Assembly: GCA_050485365.1 (NCBI GenBank)
Contig: JBJHBH010000001.1
Span: 1,101-65,100 of the forward strand
Reading direction: 5' to 3'
DNA: 64,000 bases
Source of the DNA: Desulfuromonadales bacterium
GTDB lineage: Bacteria; Desulfobacterota; Desulfuromonadia; Desulfuromonadales; JACZKF01
Each line of letters begins with the position of its first letter. Within the stretch, counting starts at the first letter, position 1. The notes below the pieces were generated by a model. It did no database searches. It was given only the letters and a program-made list of their open reading frames with translations, and had not been told where the DNA came from. Position numbers and translations under genes: made by a program. Of this stretch, positions 55,805-64,000 are shown in pieces.

Positions 55805-57859
55805 ATGACAACCGTTCTCGACAATCTGGACCGCTTGGCCGCCTCCCAATTCGAGGGGTATCTGGTGCGCAAAGATCTGGTGCGCAAGTACAGCCGTCAG
55901 TATCCCGTGCCGACCTACGTCGTTGAGTTCATGCTCGGCCGCTATTGTGCCAGTGTGGTCGAAGATGAGATCAACGAAGGGCTCACCATCGTCGAGCGTC
56001 AGCTCAAGGACCGCACGGTACGAACCGGCGAAGAAGAACTCTTCAAGGCACGGGCGCGGGAAAAGGGGGCGGTGAAGCTGATCGACATCGTTCGGGCGAA
56101 GCTCGATTCCAAGAACGACTGCTTCGTTGCGGAGCTCCCAAGTTTGGCGTTGAAGAATGTCCGGATCGATGACAACTTGGTCAAAAATCACGAGCGGATG
56201 CTGACCGACGGCTTCTATGCCGAGGTTACCTTGAGCTATGACGCGGCCATTGCTCTGGAGCGAGGCGGGCGTCCCTTCGCCATCGACAGTTTGAGGGCGA
56301 TTCAGCTCTCCAAGGCAGATGCCCTGAACGTTCTGATCCAGGCACGCAGCCGGTTCACCGCCGATGAATGGAAGCAGTTGCTCCTCCGGAGCATCGGTCT
56401 GGAACCGACCGCCCTGAGTGAGCGCGGGCAACTGGTGGCGCTTCTGCGGATGGTCCCGTTTGTGGAGCGAAATTTCAACTTGGTCGAACTCGGGCCGCGG
56501 GGTACTGGCAAGAGCCACCTTTTTCAGCAGATTTCCCCCTACGCGCATCTGATTTCAGGGGGCAAGGCAACGGTGGCCAAGATGTTCGTCAACAATGCCT
56601 CCGGCCAGAGAGGCTTGGTCTGCCAGTACGACGTGGTCTGTTTCGATGAGATCTCCGGCGTTTCTTTCGACCAGAAGGACGGAGTCAATATCCTCAAGGG
56701 CTACATGGAGTCTGGGGAGTTCTCCCGAGGGAAGGAAAGTATCCGGGCCTCCGGCGGGATCGTCATGGTCGGCAACTTTGATGTCGATATTGAGCAACAG
56801 CAGCGCATCGGTCACCTGCTCAGTCCCTTGCCGCCGGAAATGCGGGACGACACCGCCTTTATGGACCGCATTCATGCCTATCTCCCGGGGTGGGACTTTC
56901 CCAAGCTTAACCCCAACGACCACTTCACCAATCACTTCGGCTTGGTCAGTGATTTCCTCTCCGAGTGCTGGAACCAGCTGCGCAACGGCAGCCGGGTGAC
57001 GATCCTGCAAGGGAGGGTCAATTTCGGCGGTGCCCTCAGCGGTCGTGATCTGACCGCGGTAAATAAGACGATCAGCGGCTTGATCAAGCTCCTCTACCCT
57101 GATCCGGAGGTGCCGATTCCCGACGAAGAACTAGAATCCCTGGTGAAGGTCGCCCTGGAGTGCCGCCGGCGGGTCAAGGAACAGCAGAAGAAATGCCTGA
57201 AGACGGAGTTTCGCAATACCCACTTCAGCTACACAATGGGCGAAGATGGAGTGGAGAAGTTCGTTGCCACCCCGGAGCTGCACAGCGAGGACAAGATCGA
57301 TGCCGATCCGTTACCGCCGGGGCAGGTCTGGGGGATCAGCCCCGGAAGCAGCGAAGCCGGGCCGAGCCTTTACCGCATTGAGGTAACTACCGGACCTGGC
57401 GGAGGAGTAAAGATCCTAAACCATCCAGTTCCGGCGCCATTCCGGGAGAGTGTCCGCTACGCAGAGCAGAATCTCTACACCCGGGCTAAGGAGCTGGTTG
57501 GCGACCGCGACCCCCGCGCCCACGATTTCGCGGTGCAGCTACGCGCCATGGATAACGACCGAAGCGGCGCCTCCCTGGGGCTGCCGGTTCTGATGGCGTT
57601 GTGCAGCGGCCTGGTCGAGAAAAGCACCAAGGGCGGTCTCATCATTGCCGGCGCCCTTAACCTGGGAGGGTCCATAGAGCCGCTGGCCAACGCCGTCGCC
57701 ATCGTCGAACTGGCCGTTGAAAAAGGAGCGGACACCATCCTGATGCCCGTGTCAGCCCGAAAGCAGCTTTTCGACCTCTCCGACGACATGGCAACGAAGG
57801 TCAATGTGCAGTTTTATTCTGAGGCGCAGGATGCGTTTTTGAAGGCGTTGGTGGAATAA
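55805..57859 (+). CDS. brxL: BREX Lon-related AAA+ protein BrxL
   Basis: YPVPTYVVEFMLGRY, ELGPRGTGKSH, FDEI, DTAFMDRIH, C-terminal Lon-like domain. Confidence 0.94.
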   Translation: MTTVLDNLDRLAASQFEGYLVRKDLVRKYSRQYPVPTYVVEFMLGRYCASVVEDEINEGLTIVERQLKDRTVRTGEEELFKARAREKGAVKLIDIVRAKLDSKNDCFVAELPSLALKNVRIDDNLVKNHERMLTDGFYAEVTLSYDAAIALERGGRPFAIDSLRAIQLSKADALNVLIQARSRFTADEWKQLLLRSIGLEPTALSERGQLVALLRMVPFVERNFNLVELGPRGTGKSHLFQQISPYAHLISGGKATVAKMFVNNASGQRGLVCQYDVVCFDEISGVSFDQKDGVNILKGYMESGEFSRGKESIRASGGIVMVGNFDVDIEQQQRIGHLLSPLPPEMRDDTAFMDRIHAYLPGWDFPKLNPNDHFTNHFGLVSDFLSECWNQLRNGSRVTILQGRVNFGGALSGRDLTAVNKTISGLIKLLYPDPEVPIPDEELESLVKVALECRRRVKEQQKKCLKTEFRNTHFSYTMGEDGVEKFVATPELHSEDKIDADPLPPGQVWGISPGSSEAGPSLYRIEVTTGPGGGVKILNHPVPAPFRESVRYAEQNLYTRAKELVGDRDPRAHDFAVQLRAMDNDRSGASLGLPVLMALCSGLVEKSTKGGLIIAGALNLGGSIEPLANAVAIVELAVEKGADTILMPVSARKQLFDLSDDMATKVNVQFYSEAQDAFLKALVE

Positions 57860-57879
57860 ATGCAACAGCGGGGGGAGTT

Positions 57880-60800
57880 ATGAATATTGGAGGAGTTAAT
57901 TTTAGTGAATCCCTGATCAGCGCACAGCAACAGGATTCTCTTGTTATTTTTGCTGGGGCCGGCGTGTCAATGGGGCCTCCTTCCAATTACCCTAGCTTTC
58001 AAGGTTTGGTTGGAGAAATTGCCAAGTGGGCGGGGAAGAAACGCCCTGAAGATGATCCTCTGGAGCATTTTTTAGGTCGTCTGGAAATTAACGTCCATGA
58101 AAAAGTCGCATATTTGTTGTCATCGCCCGACTCAAAGCCGAAAAGCCTTCATCGTAACCTGTTAAAGCTTTTTGGAGGACCTGATCATGTGAGAGTTGTT
58201 ACTACAAACTTTGATTCTCACTTTGAAACTGCTGCTCAGGAGGTTTTCGGTAGGCAACCGGAAATATTCTCAGCTCCAGCCTTACCCATTGGGGATGACT
58301 TCACAGGGATAGTCTATTTACATGGAAGCGTATGTGCCGATCCTAGGAGATTAGTGTTAACAGATAAAGATTTTGGTAGAGGCTATATTACAAAAGGATG
58401 GGCGACAAGATTTTTACTTGATATGTTCTCAAAGTATACCGTTCTTTTTGTCGGCTATAGCCATAATGATACGGTAATGCATTATCTCTCACGAGGACTG
58501 CCGCCTGACAGCACGAAACCGCGTTTTGCACTTGTGCGATCAGATGAAGGGCTCGACAATTGGCGATACCGTGGAATAGAACCTTTACCATACACGTACA
58601 AGACACATGGTGATTATTCACAGTTAGATCGAGCCGTCTCGGGCTGGGTCGAATGGGTGAGTCGGGGGGCATTGGATACAGAGCAAAGAATCAAAACGTT
58701 AGTATCGGGTCCACCGCCATTGGATGAGGAATCCATAGATTTTATGGTATGGGCCATTAGCAATCCTGTGGCAGTTCGATTCTTCACTCGTCATGCCAAA
58801 AGATTGGATTGGTTGCTTTGGGCCTCCGAACGAAAATTTATTGAGCCACTATTTTCTCAGTCAAATCTCACCGACGGTGGAAAAGAGCTTGCACAATGGA
58901 TCGCTGAAGACTTCGCAGTCCAACACGTTGATGACGTAATGCTAATCATAGAGGATGCTAGAAAAGCGATCAATCCATGGTTTGCGTATATGATTACTCG
59001 GAGACTTGCTATTAACAATCCTCCTCCGGAAGGTGTTGTCATCAGTATGTGGGTCCCAATATTGTTGCAGAATCCGATCATTGGTGACAAGTTTGAATTA
59101 GTTGAAATTTTGAACCGATCAATTGCTAAAAATGCCTTTTCCGCTGCTGTACAAGTATTCGAATATCTAACTAGACCACATCTTAATCTAAAAAAAGGAC
59201 TCTCTCCGGATATAGATGAATCCGAAAAGGTAAGGAGGGTGGATTCAGATCTAATCTTTTTTGGAGAATATCATCTTCTAGTTAGGACTTGGTTAGACAA
59301 AATCAAGCCAGCCCTAGGCAGCTTTGCCATTCATCTATGGCCCGCTCTAATTCAAAACCTGAATCATGCCTTTCATTTATCCCGGAGTTGGGAACGGGTT
59401 GGATCTACTTGGGATCCACTTAGTTGGCGCCGGTCTGCAATTGAGCCCCACGAACAAGACAGGTACCCTCATAACCAAGATATTTTGATAGATGCTGCAA
59501 GAGACTGCCTCGAATGGGCACTTCAGAACATCCCCCATACTGGTCAAGCCTGGGTAGAGTCCCTATCTACCATGGAGCCAATACTGCTAAAACGATTGGC
59601 CATTCACGGAGCCTCCTTTTCTCCAAATCTGACCCCCGACGAAAAAATTATCTGGCTGCTTCGCAAGAATTTTCTTCTTTCTCCTGGGCTTCGGCATGAG
59701 GGTTTTCAGCTGCTAAGGCTTACTTTTCCGAATGCATCCTCTACCACTAAGAACTACTTGCTCGAGAAAGTTGTTACGACTATAGACGCTCTTCCCGAGG
59801 AAGAAGAAGAGGATAAAAATCGGAAAGCCTACAAGAAATTCAACATCATCTACTGGCTCTCTCAAGCTGATCCAACCTGCCAAGAGGTTGTTAAGCAGCT
59901 GGATGTGATCAAGGAGAAATATCCTGGTTTTCAACCACGAGAATTCCCAGATCTTGACCATTGGTTCTCCGGTGGAACATGGGCTGGTCCTCGTAGTCCT
60001 GTAGCTGTGGAGGATCTGCTAAAGAAGGCTCCAGTTAACTGGATCGACTTTTTTCTGACCTTCGAGGGGGAACGATTCGACGGGCCTGATCGGAACAGTT
60101 TGCTCCTGATTATCGGCGAGGCCGTGAAGCAAAATTTTGCTTGGGGAGAAGAATTGGCGGAGTTGTTAGCTACTCGTGCCGATCCTGCCTCCGATCTGTG
60201 GGAGAGTGTCATAAGGGGATGGAGTAACGCCAAGCTCTCGCATGCGCAATGGGATTTCGTTTTGGTAAATCTCGGTAAAGAGGATCTGGCCCAGACACAT
60301 TCACATTATCTTTCTGACCTGCTTAAAAATGGTGCAGAGAAAGATGACGGAGGGATCCCTGTTTCTCTCTTTAGCAAAGCTGACAGCTTGGCCCAAAAAA
60401 TCTGGGGCGCCCTTCAGGATGATGGTGAAGAGGAAGCAGATGATTGGTTAGGGAAAGCCCTCAATCACCCTGGCGGTAGTTTGGCTCTGTTTTGGCTTCA
60501 TGCCCTATCTCGCGAACGAAAGGAAAAGAGCGAAAAGCAGAAAGGTCTAACCCAGCCATATAGAAAACGGTTTGAGGCCATTGTTTCTGGCACCGGTGAG
60601 GCTGCTGCACTTGGTAGGGTTATTTTAACTAGTCAATTAGGATTTTTGTTTTCTGTAGATCAAGGTTGGGCAACGGAAAGAATTGTCCCGCTACTTGACT
60701 GGGATCGGGATCTTAGACAGGCCAAGCAAGCATGGCATGGTTGGCTAAGCTGGGGTCAACTAAACGAACCTCTTCTTGAAGATCTGATCCCGTTATTTCG

Positions 60801-61437
60801 AAAGTCATTTCGGTTTCTTTCCACTGAACTTGATAATGAGAGGGATCGCTTTGTAGAGTGGATAGTAGTGATTTCACTTTTCTGGATGGATGATCCATTG
60901 AGCAATGGTTGGTTGGCCGATTTTCTGCTGGCGGCAGAGGAGCAGGACAAAATAAATTTTGCATCTCGGCTCGGAAGCCAATTGATGGGAATGAAAGTTG
61001 AGTCCAAGAAAGAACTCTGGAGCCGTTGGTTGCGGAGGTATTGGGAAGGCCGGAATCAAGGAGTACCCGTGATTCTTTGTAATGATGAGGTTAAGGAAAT
61101 GGTCGAATGGACTGGAGAACTCGAACCCGTTTTTCCAGAGGCGGTGGAAGTTGCTTGTCAAATAGATCCACCTCAGTTTGACCACTCCACCCTATTTTGG
61201 CGTTTGACCAGAGATGAATCCAATATGTCCAGTCGACATCCCGAGTTTGTGGCAAAACTACTCATTCACCTTACAACGGGTGTTCATTTTCCAAGGTATC
61301 TTTGTGGCACACTTGAGGAGTTAACCGACCAAATCATCACTGCGGGAGCTCCTGTTCCTCTTCTAAAACAGCTCTGCGACAATTTAGCTGCTATTGGCTG
61401 CGCCAATGCTATGGAACTGCAGGGCAAGGTGGGATAA
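57880..61437 (+). CDS. Large defence-associated sirtuin, SIR2 + DUF4020 (DSR1-like)
   Basis: VIFAGAGVSM, VVTTNFD, YLHGSV, LFVGYSHND; C-terminal WLRRYWEGR..EMVEW..FPEAV typical of DUF4020. Confidence 0.85.
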   Translation: MNIGGVNFSESLISAQQQDSLVIFAGAGVSMGPPSNYPSFQGLVGEIAKWAGKKRPEDDPLEHFLGRLEINVHEKVAYLLSSPDSKPKSLHRNLLKLFGGPDHVRVVTTNFDSHFETAAQEVFGRQPEIFSAPALPIGDDFTGIVYLHGSVCADPRRLVLTDKDFGRGYITKGWATRFLLDMFSKYTVLFVGYSHNDTVMHYLSRGLPPDSTKPRFALVRSDEGLDNWRYRGIEPLPYTYKTHGDYSQLDRAVSGWVEWVSRGALDTEQRIKTLVSGPPPLDEESIDFMVWAISNPVAVRFFTRHAKRLDWLLWASERKFIEPLFSQSNLTDGGKELAQWIAEDFAVQHVDDVMLIIEDARKAINPWFAYMITRRLAINNPPPEGVVISMWVPILLQNPIIGDKFELVEILNRSIAKNAFSAAVQVFEYLTRPHLNLKKGLSPDIDESEKVRRVDSDLIFFGEYHLLVRTWLDKIKPALGSFAIHLWPALIQNLNHAFHLSRSWERVGSTWDPLSWRRSAIEPHEQDRYPHNQDILIDAARDCLEWALQNIPHTGQAWVESLSTMEPILLKRLAIHGASFSPNLTPDEKIIWLLRKNFLLSPGLRHEGFQLLRLTFPNASSTTKNYLLEKVVTTIDALPEEEEEDKNRKAYKKFNIIYWLSQADPTCQEVVKQLDVIKEKYPGFQPREFPDLDHWFSGGTWAGPRSPVAVEDLLKKAPVNWIDFFLTFEGERFDGPDRNSLLLIIGEAVKQNFAWGEELAELLATRADPASDLWESVIRGWSNAKLSHAQWDFVLVNLGKEDLAQTHSHYLSDLLKNGAEKDDGGIPVSLFSKADSLAQKIWGALQDDGEEEADDWLGKALNHPGGSLALFWLHALSRERKEKSEKQKGLTQPYRKRFEAIVSGTGEAAALGRVILTSQLGFLFSVDQGWATERIVPLLDWDRDLRQAKQAWHGWLSWGQLNEPLLEDLIPLFRKSFRFLSTELDNERDRFVEWIVVISLFWMDDPLSNGWLADFLLAAEEQDKINFASRLGSQLMGMKVESKKELWSRWLRRYWEGRNQGVPVILCNDEVKEMVEWTGELEPVFPEAVEVACQIDPPQFDHSTLFWRLTRDESNMSSRHPEFVAKLLIHLTTGVHFPRYLCGTLEELTDQIITAGAPVPLLKQLCDNLAAIGCANAMELQGKVG

Positions 61438-61463
61438 GCCCCACCACCGGACCGACATGCTAC

Positions 61464-61500
61464 TGCCAAAACCGCCGAATTGGTTTCGACGGTTTTGGCA
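61464..61500. repeat. 11-bp inverted repeat between the convergent sirtuin and integrase genes
   Basis: TGCCAAAACCG-N15-CGGTTTTGGCA. Confidence 0.75.
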
Positions 61501-61522
61501 AATCGCACGTCGGGAGTCCAGA

Positions 61523-62737
61523 TTACTCTCTCATAGCTCTACCAATCACCTGGGCCGCGTTGTCAGTGGCCCTCTGCAAACTCTCATCGACCATATGAGC
61601 ATAACGCTGGGTCATCGAGATGTCCGAGTGGCCCAACAATTTCTGCACATCGTACAGGCTCGCTCCGCCCATGATGGCGATCGTAGCGAAGGAATGCCGC
61701 AGGTCATGAATTCTTAGCCCCTCCACGCCGGCAATTGCGCAGGCAGTCTCGAAAGGCTTCCGCAGATCATAGATGTACCCTTTGCGAGTGCCTGCTCGGG
61801 AAGGAAATACGAAATCACTATCCCGGGTACGGCGATCGTCGCCTTTGCCAGCTTGTAAACTCTCCAAGATCTCCCGAGCTTTTGTATTCAGAAGGACAGA
61901 TCGTGAGCGCCCATTCTTGGTCGTCGGCAGGAAGATCCGGCCTTCTTCCAGTCTCACCTGATCCCATCGCATCGACAGGATCTCATTACGACGGCAACCG
62001 GTGAATAGCAGCAGCTTAATGGAAGCCACCGAAAGCCGGTCATTTAGCTCGTCCAAAGCCTTCAGAAAGTTGGGCAACTCATCTCTGGTCAAATAGCGTT
62101 CACGATGGGGCGGCTCTTTGAACTTGTCCATTCCCGCCGCAGGACTTTTTTCCAAGAGTCCCCACTTGACTGCCAGATTCATCATTCGTTTGAGCAAAGT
62201 CAGATAGTGATTCGCGGTGGTCGCCGAGGTCCTCTCCTTCTCTTTTGCGTGAAAGGAGGTGATGTCGCGCTGGGTGATGGTCGAGAGCCGAAGCTTGCCA
62301 AGCGCAGGGTTGATCCGGCGCTCGATTCGATTGACGTCCTCCTGCCAGGTCTTCTTGTGCATGGTGGCATGGGGGATGTAGAAATCTTTGGCGAAGGTCG
62401 CCAATGTGATGTCATCGCGTTTCTGTGCCCGCTCGTCGGCCGGATCGATGTCCCTCGCCAACAGCGCTTTTTGTTCGCTGACCCGCTGCCGGGCTTCCTG
62501 CAGGGAAATGTGCGGGAACTCCCCTATCGTCATGCACCGCTTCCGGCTAATGTGGCGGTACCGGTGCTGAAAGAATTTACGTCCCGCCTTACTAACCCGC
62601 AGATGCAGGCCGATGCACTCAGAATCGGTATACTCTGCTTCACGGCTCCGGCTATCGGGATCATGTGCAGGTAATGCCTCGATGCCGCGCTTGGAAAATG
62701 GGAATCGGCGGGATTGTGGGCGAGAATGCTGGTGCAT
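61523..62737 (-). CDS. Tyrosine integrase with arm-binding N-terminal domain
   Basis: GLHLRVSKAGRKFFQHRY arm domain; catalytic R (GCRRNE), K (TKNG), HDLRH, LGH, RYAH all intact. AAGGAGG SD before ATG 62737. Confidence 0.94.
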   Translation of the reverse strand: MHQHSRPQSRRFPFSKRGIEALPAHDPDSRSREAEYTDSECIGLHLRVSKAGRKFFQHRYRHISRKRCMTIGEFPHISLQEARQRVSEQKALLARDIDPADERAQKRDDITLATFAKDFYIPHATMHKKTWQEDVNRIERRINPALGKLRLSTITQRDITSFHAKEKERTSATTANHYLTLLKRMMNLAVKWGLLEKSPAAGMDKFKEPPHRERYLTRDELPNFLKALDELNDRLSVASIKLLLFTGCRRNEILSMRWDQVRLEEGRIFLPTTKNGRSRSVLLNTKAREILESLQAGKGDDRRTRDSDFVFPSRAGTRKGYIYDLRKPFETACAIAGVEGLRIHDLRHSFATIAIMGGASLYDVQKLLGHSDISMTQRYAHMVDESLQRATDNAAQVIGRAMRE

Positions 62738-63055
62738 GTTGTGTCCTCCTTCTTTTCGATTGGTCTTCTCTGCCCCTTTCCGGCGCAGAGTCTTAGGTAT
62801 TCGGTGCGCTATTGGGACAGCCCCAGCAGCCACAATGATATGTTCGTTTTACGGGTTAAACTCCGGTCCCCGTCCGGTCCGGAGCGCAGATTTCGGGGGA
62901 ATTTTCTCCCTCGATTTCCCCGTACAGGAGAGGCTGAGTCGGAGAGCGAACAACGCGACTGCCGCATGATCGGATAAGAGCTGACGCGAGTCTGGCCCAT
63001 GCCCTTTTGGCACGGCAGAAACCAATAGGACATCATGGACTCCCCGGACGCCGGT

Positions 63056-63457
63056 CTAAGAGGGTTCGGCGGTCACCTCGTAGGCACCCATCTGGAAGTA
63101 GCGGCAGAAATTCCTAGCCCAAAGCGTGAAAAGCTCCCGTCCGGAATCGATTGGGAGGTCTCTGCCCAAGTGCTGAAAGAGTCCCATCGAAACGTCGAAG
63201 TCGATCTCCTTGGCGAGTTCTGCGAAGGGGGGACGACCCACATAGGAAAAGTCCGTGATGTACTGGATCTGCCCCTTTGCGTTGATGTAGATCTCCACCG
63301 GATGAAATCCGCCGCTCTCGGGTGAGTAGTCGGGATCGCGGAAGTTGAGGATTACCCCTGTTTCAGGAGGGAGATGTGCCTTGGAAATTTCACTCTCCAA
63401 GATCGCAATGAATTCCTTGGAGAGATGGAAGGGGAAGGCTCTCTTGTCTATCTTCAT
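63056..63457 (-). CDS. DUF2787 family protein
   Basis: VILNFRDPDYSPESGGFHPVEI..ITDFSYVG..ELAKEIDFD. AGGAG SD before ATG 63457. Confidence 0.85.
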   Translation of the reverse strand: MKIDKRAFPFHLSKEFIAILESEISKAHLPPETGVILNFRDPDYSPESGGFHPVEIYINAKGQIQYITDFSYVGRPPFAELAKEIDFDVSMGLFQHLGRDLPIDSGRELFTLWARNFCRYFQMGAYEVTAEPS

Positions 63458-63551
63458 GGGCTTGTCTCCTAGAAAGTGGAAGAGCCCACGCTTGCAGTGG
63501 GCGAGGGCTCTAGCATGTGATGCGTCCAGGCAAAAGTGGGGGGATTCACCG

Positions 63552-63953
63552 TTACGTCGGGGCCTCCTGTTTTTCAAATACTTCTGGGAGGTAACCCTCC
63601 AACAGGGTTCGTAGTCGAGGATCCAGGTCAGGTGTGAAGGGGATGATCACTGCCACGGTGCGATCATCATCCAGGTGGGCCACTGCCTCAAAGACCAACT
63701 GCCCACTCTCCTCGAAGGCCTCCACGTAGTCAAAGAGCGGCCAGTCCTCATTTCCCGTAAAAAGCCCCTTTTCTCCCAGTTCAGGAAGTTCCCTCTCCGG
63801 ATCGTCCCCGTCTTGAAGGACGATGATGTATCCGTGCGTATCCGGATCATAGGTTCCATCTGTCCCTTGGAACTGGCTCATTCGGAGGATCGCCAGTTCG
63901 GGGACAGTTCCCCTCAGGGATAAAGCTTGGTTTGTCGAAGTCAGTCGAATCAT
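63552..63953 (-). CDS. Acidic hypothetical protein
   Basis: AAGGAGG SD upstream; clean 133-aa ORF. Confidence 0.7.
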   Translation of the reverse strand: MIRLTSTNQALSLRGTVPELAILRMSQFQGTDGTYDPDTHGYIIVLQDGDDPERELPELGEKGLFTGNEDWPLFDYVEAFEESGQLVFEAVAHLDDDRTVAVIIPFTPDLDPRLRTLLEGYLPEVFEKQEAPT

Positions 63954-64000
63954 TTTTTCCTCCTTTAAAATCGGAGTAGGTCAGAGCATCCCCCGGTCGG

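Larger units (their letters stand above)
22442..64000. mobile_element. tRNA-Pro-targeted integrative genomic (defence) island, right end beyond the window
   Basis: tRNA 3' remnant at the left edge, visible drop in GC, primase module, tyrosine integrase, stacked defence operons. Confidence 0.85.

Noticed and set aside
61523-62737. Integron integrase IntI serving the cassette-like gene at 24.4 kb
   Set aside because: It has an arm-binding N-terminal domain and lacks the IntI-specific insertion; it is an island or phage-type integrase far from the attC-like sites.

Overview
The window has two parts. Positions 1 to ~20.9 kb are high-GC core chromosome, probably of a Desulfuromonadales-like deltaproteobacterium (inference). 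This part holds a partial ATP-grasp gene, an SDR, an M23 peptidase, mltG, plsY, a TonB-dependent receptor with a six-gene TonB/ExbBD energiser cluster, two crcB/fluC genes plus DUF190, mgtE with a structured leader, uppP, rubrerythrin, a periplasmic-binding-protein/diguanylate-cyclase pair and two tandem CxxC-repeat miniproteins. At ~20.95 kb and ~22.45 kb lie two 3' remnants of a tRNA-Pro(CGG) gene, forming a 52-bp direct repeat that brackets a lone fic gene. From there to the window end is a lower-GC integrative defence island, open on the right. It carries orphan nuclease-like genes, a two-gene unit divergent from a CapW/BrxR-like WYL regulator, a divergent Wadjet/MksFEBG-like SMC operon, a tightly coupled McrB-McrC(DUF2357)-HAM1-SIR2 operon, a Toprim/DUF3987 primase module, a complete six-gene type 1 BREX followed by a large SIR2-DUF4020 (DSR1-like) gene, and a tyrosine integrase. 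The best candidate for an undescribed system is the McrBC + catalytically degenerate ITPase + sirtuin operon (34845-40141). It resembles the KomB-KomC effector of Kongming, but no KomA deaminase is visible and a modification-dependent restriction pair sits in its place. All family assignments come from motif recognition by eye; no database searches were run.
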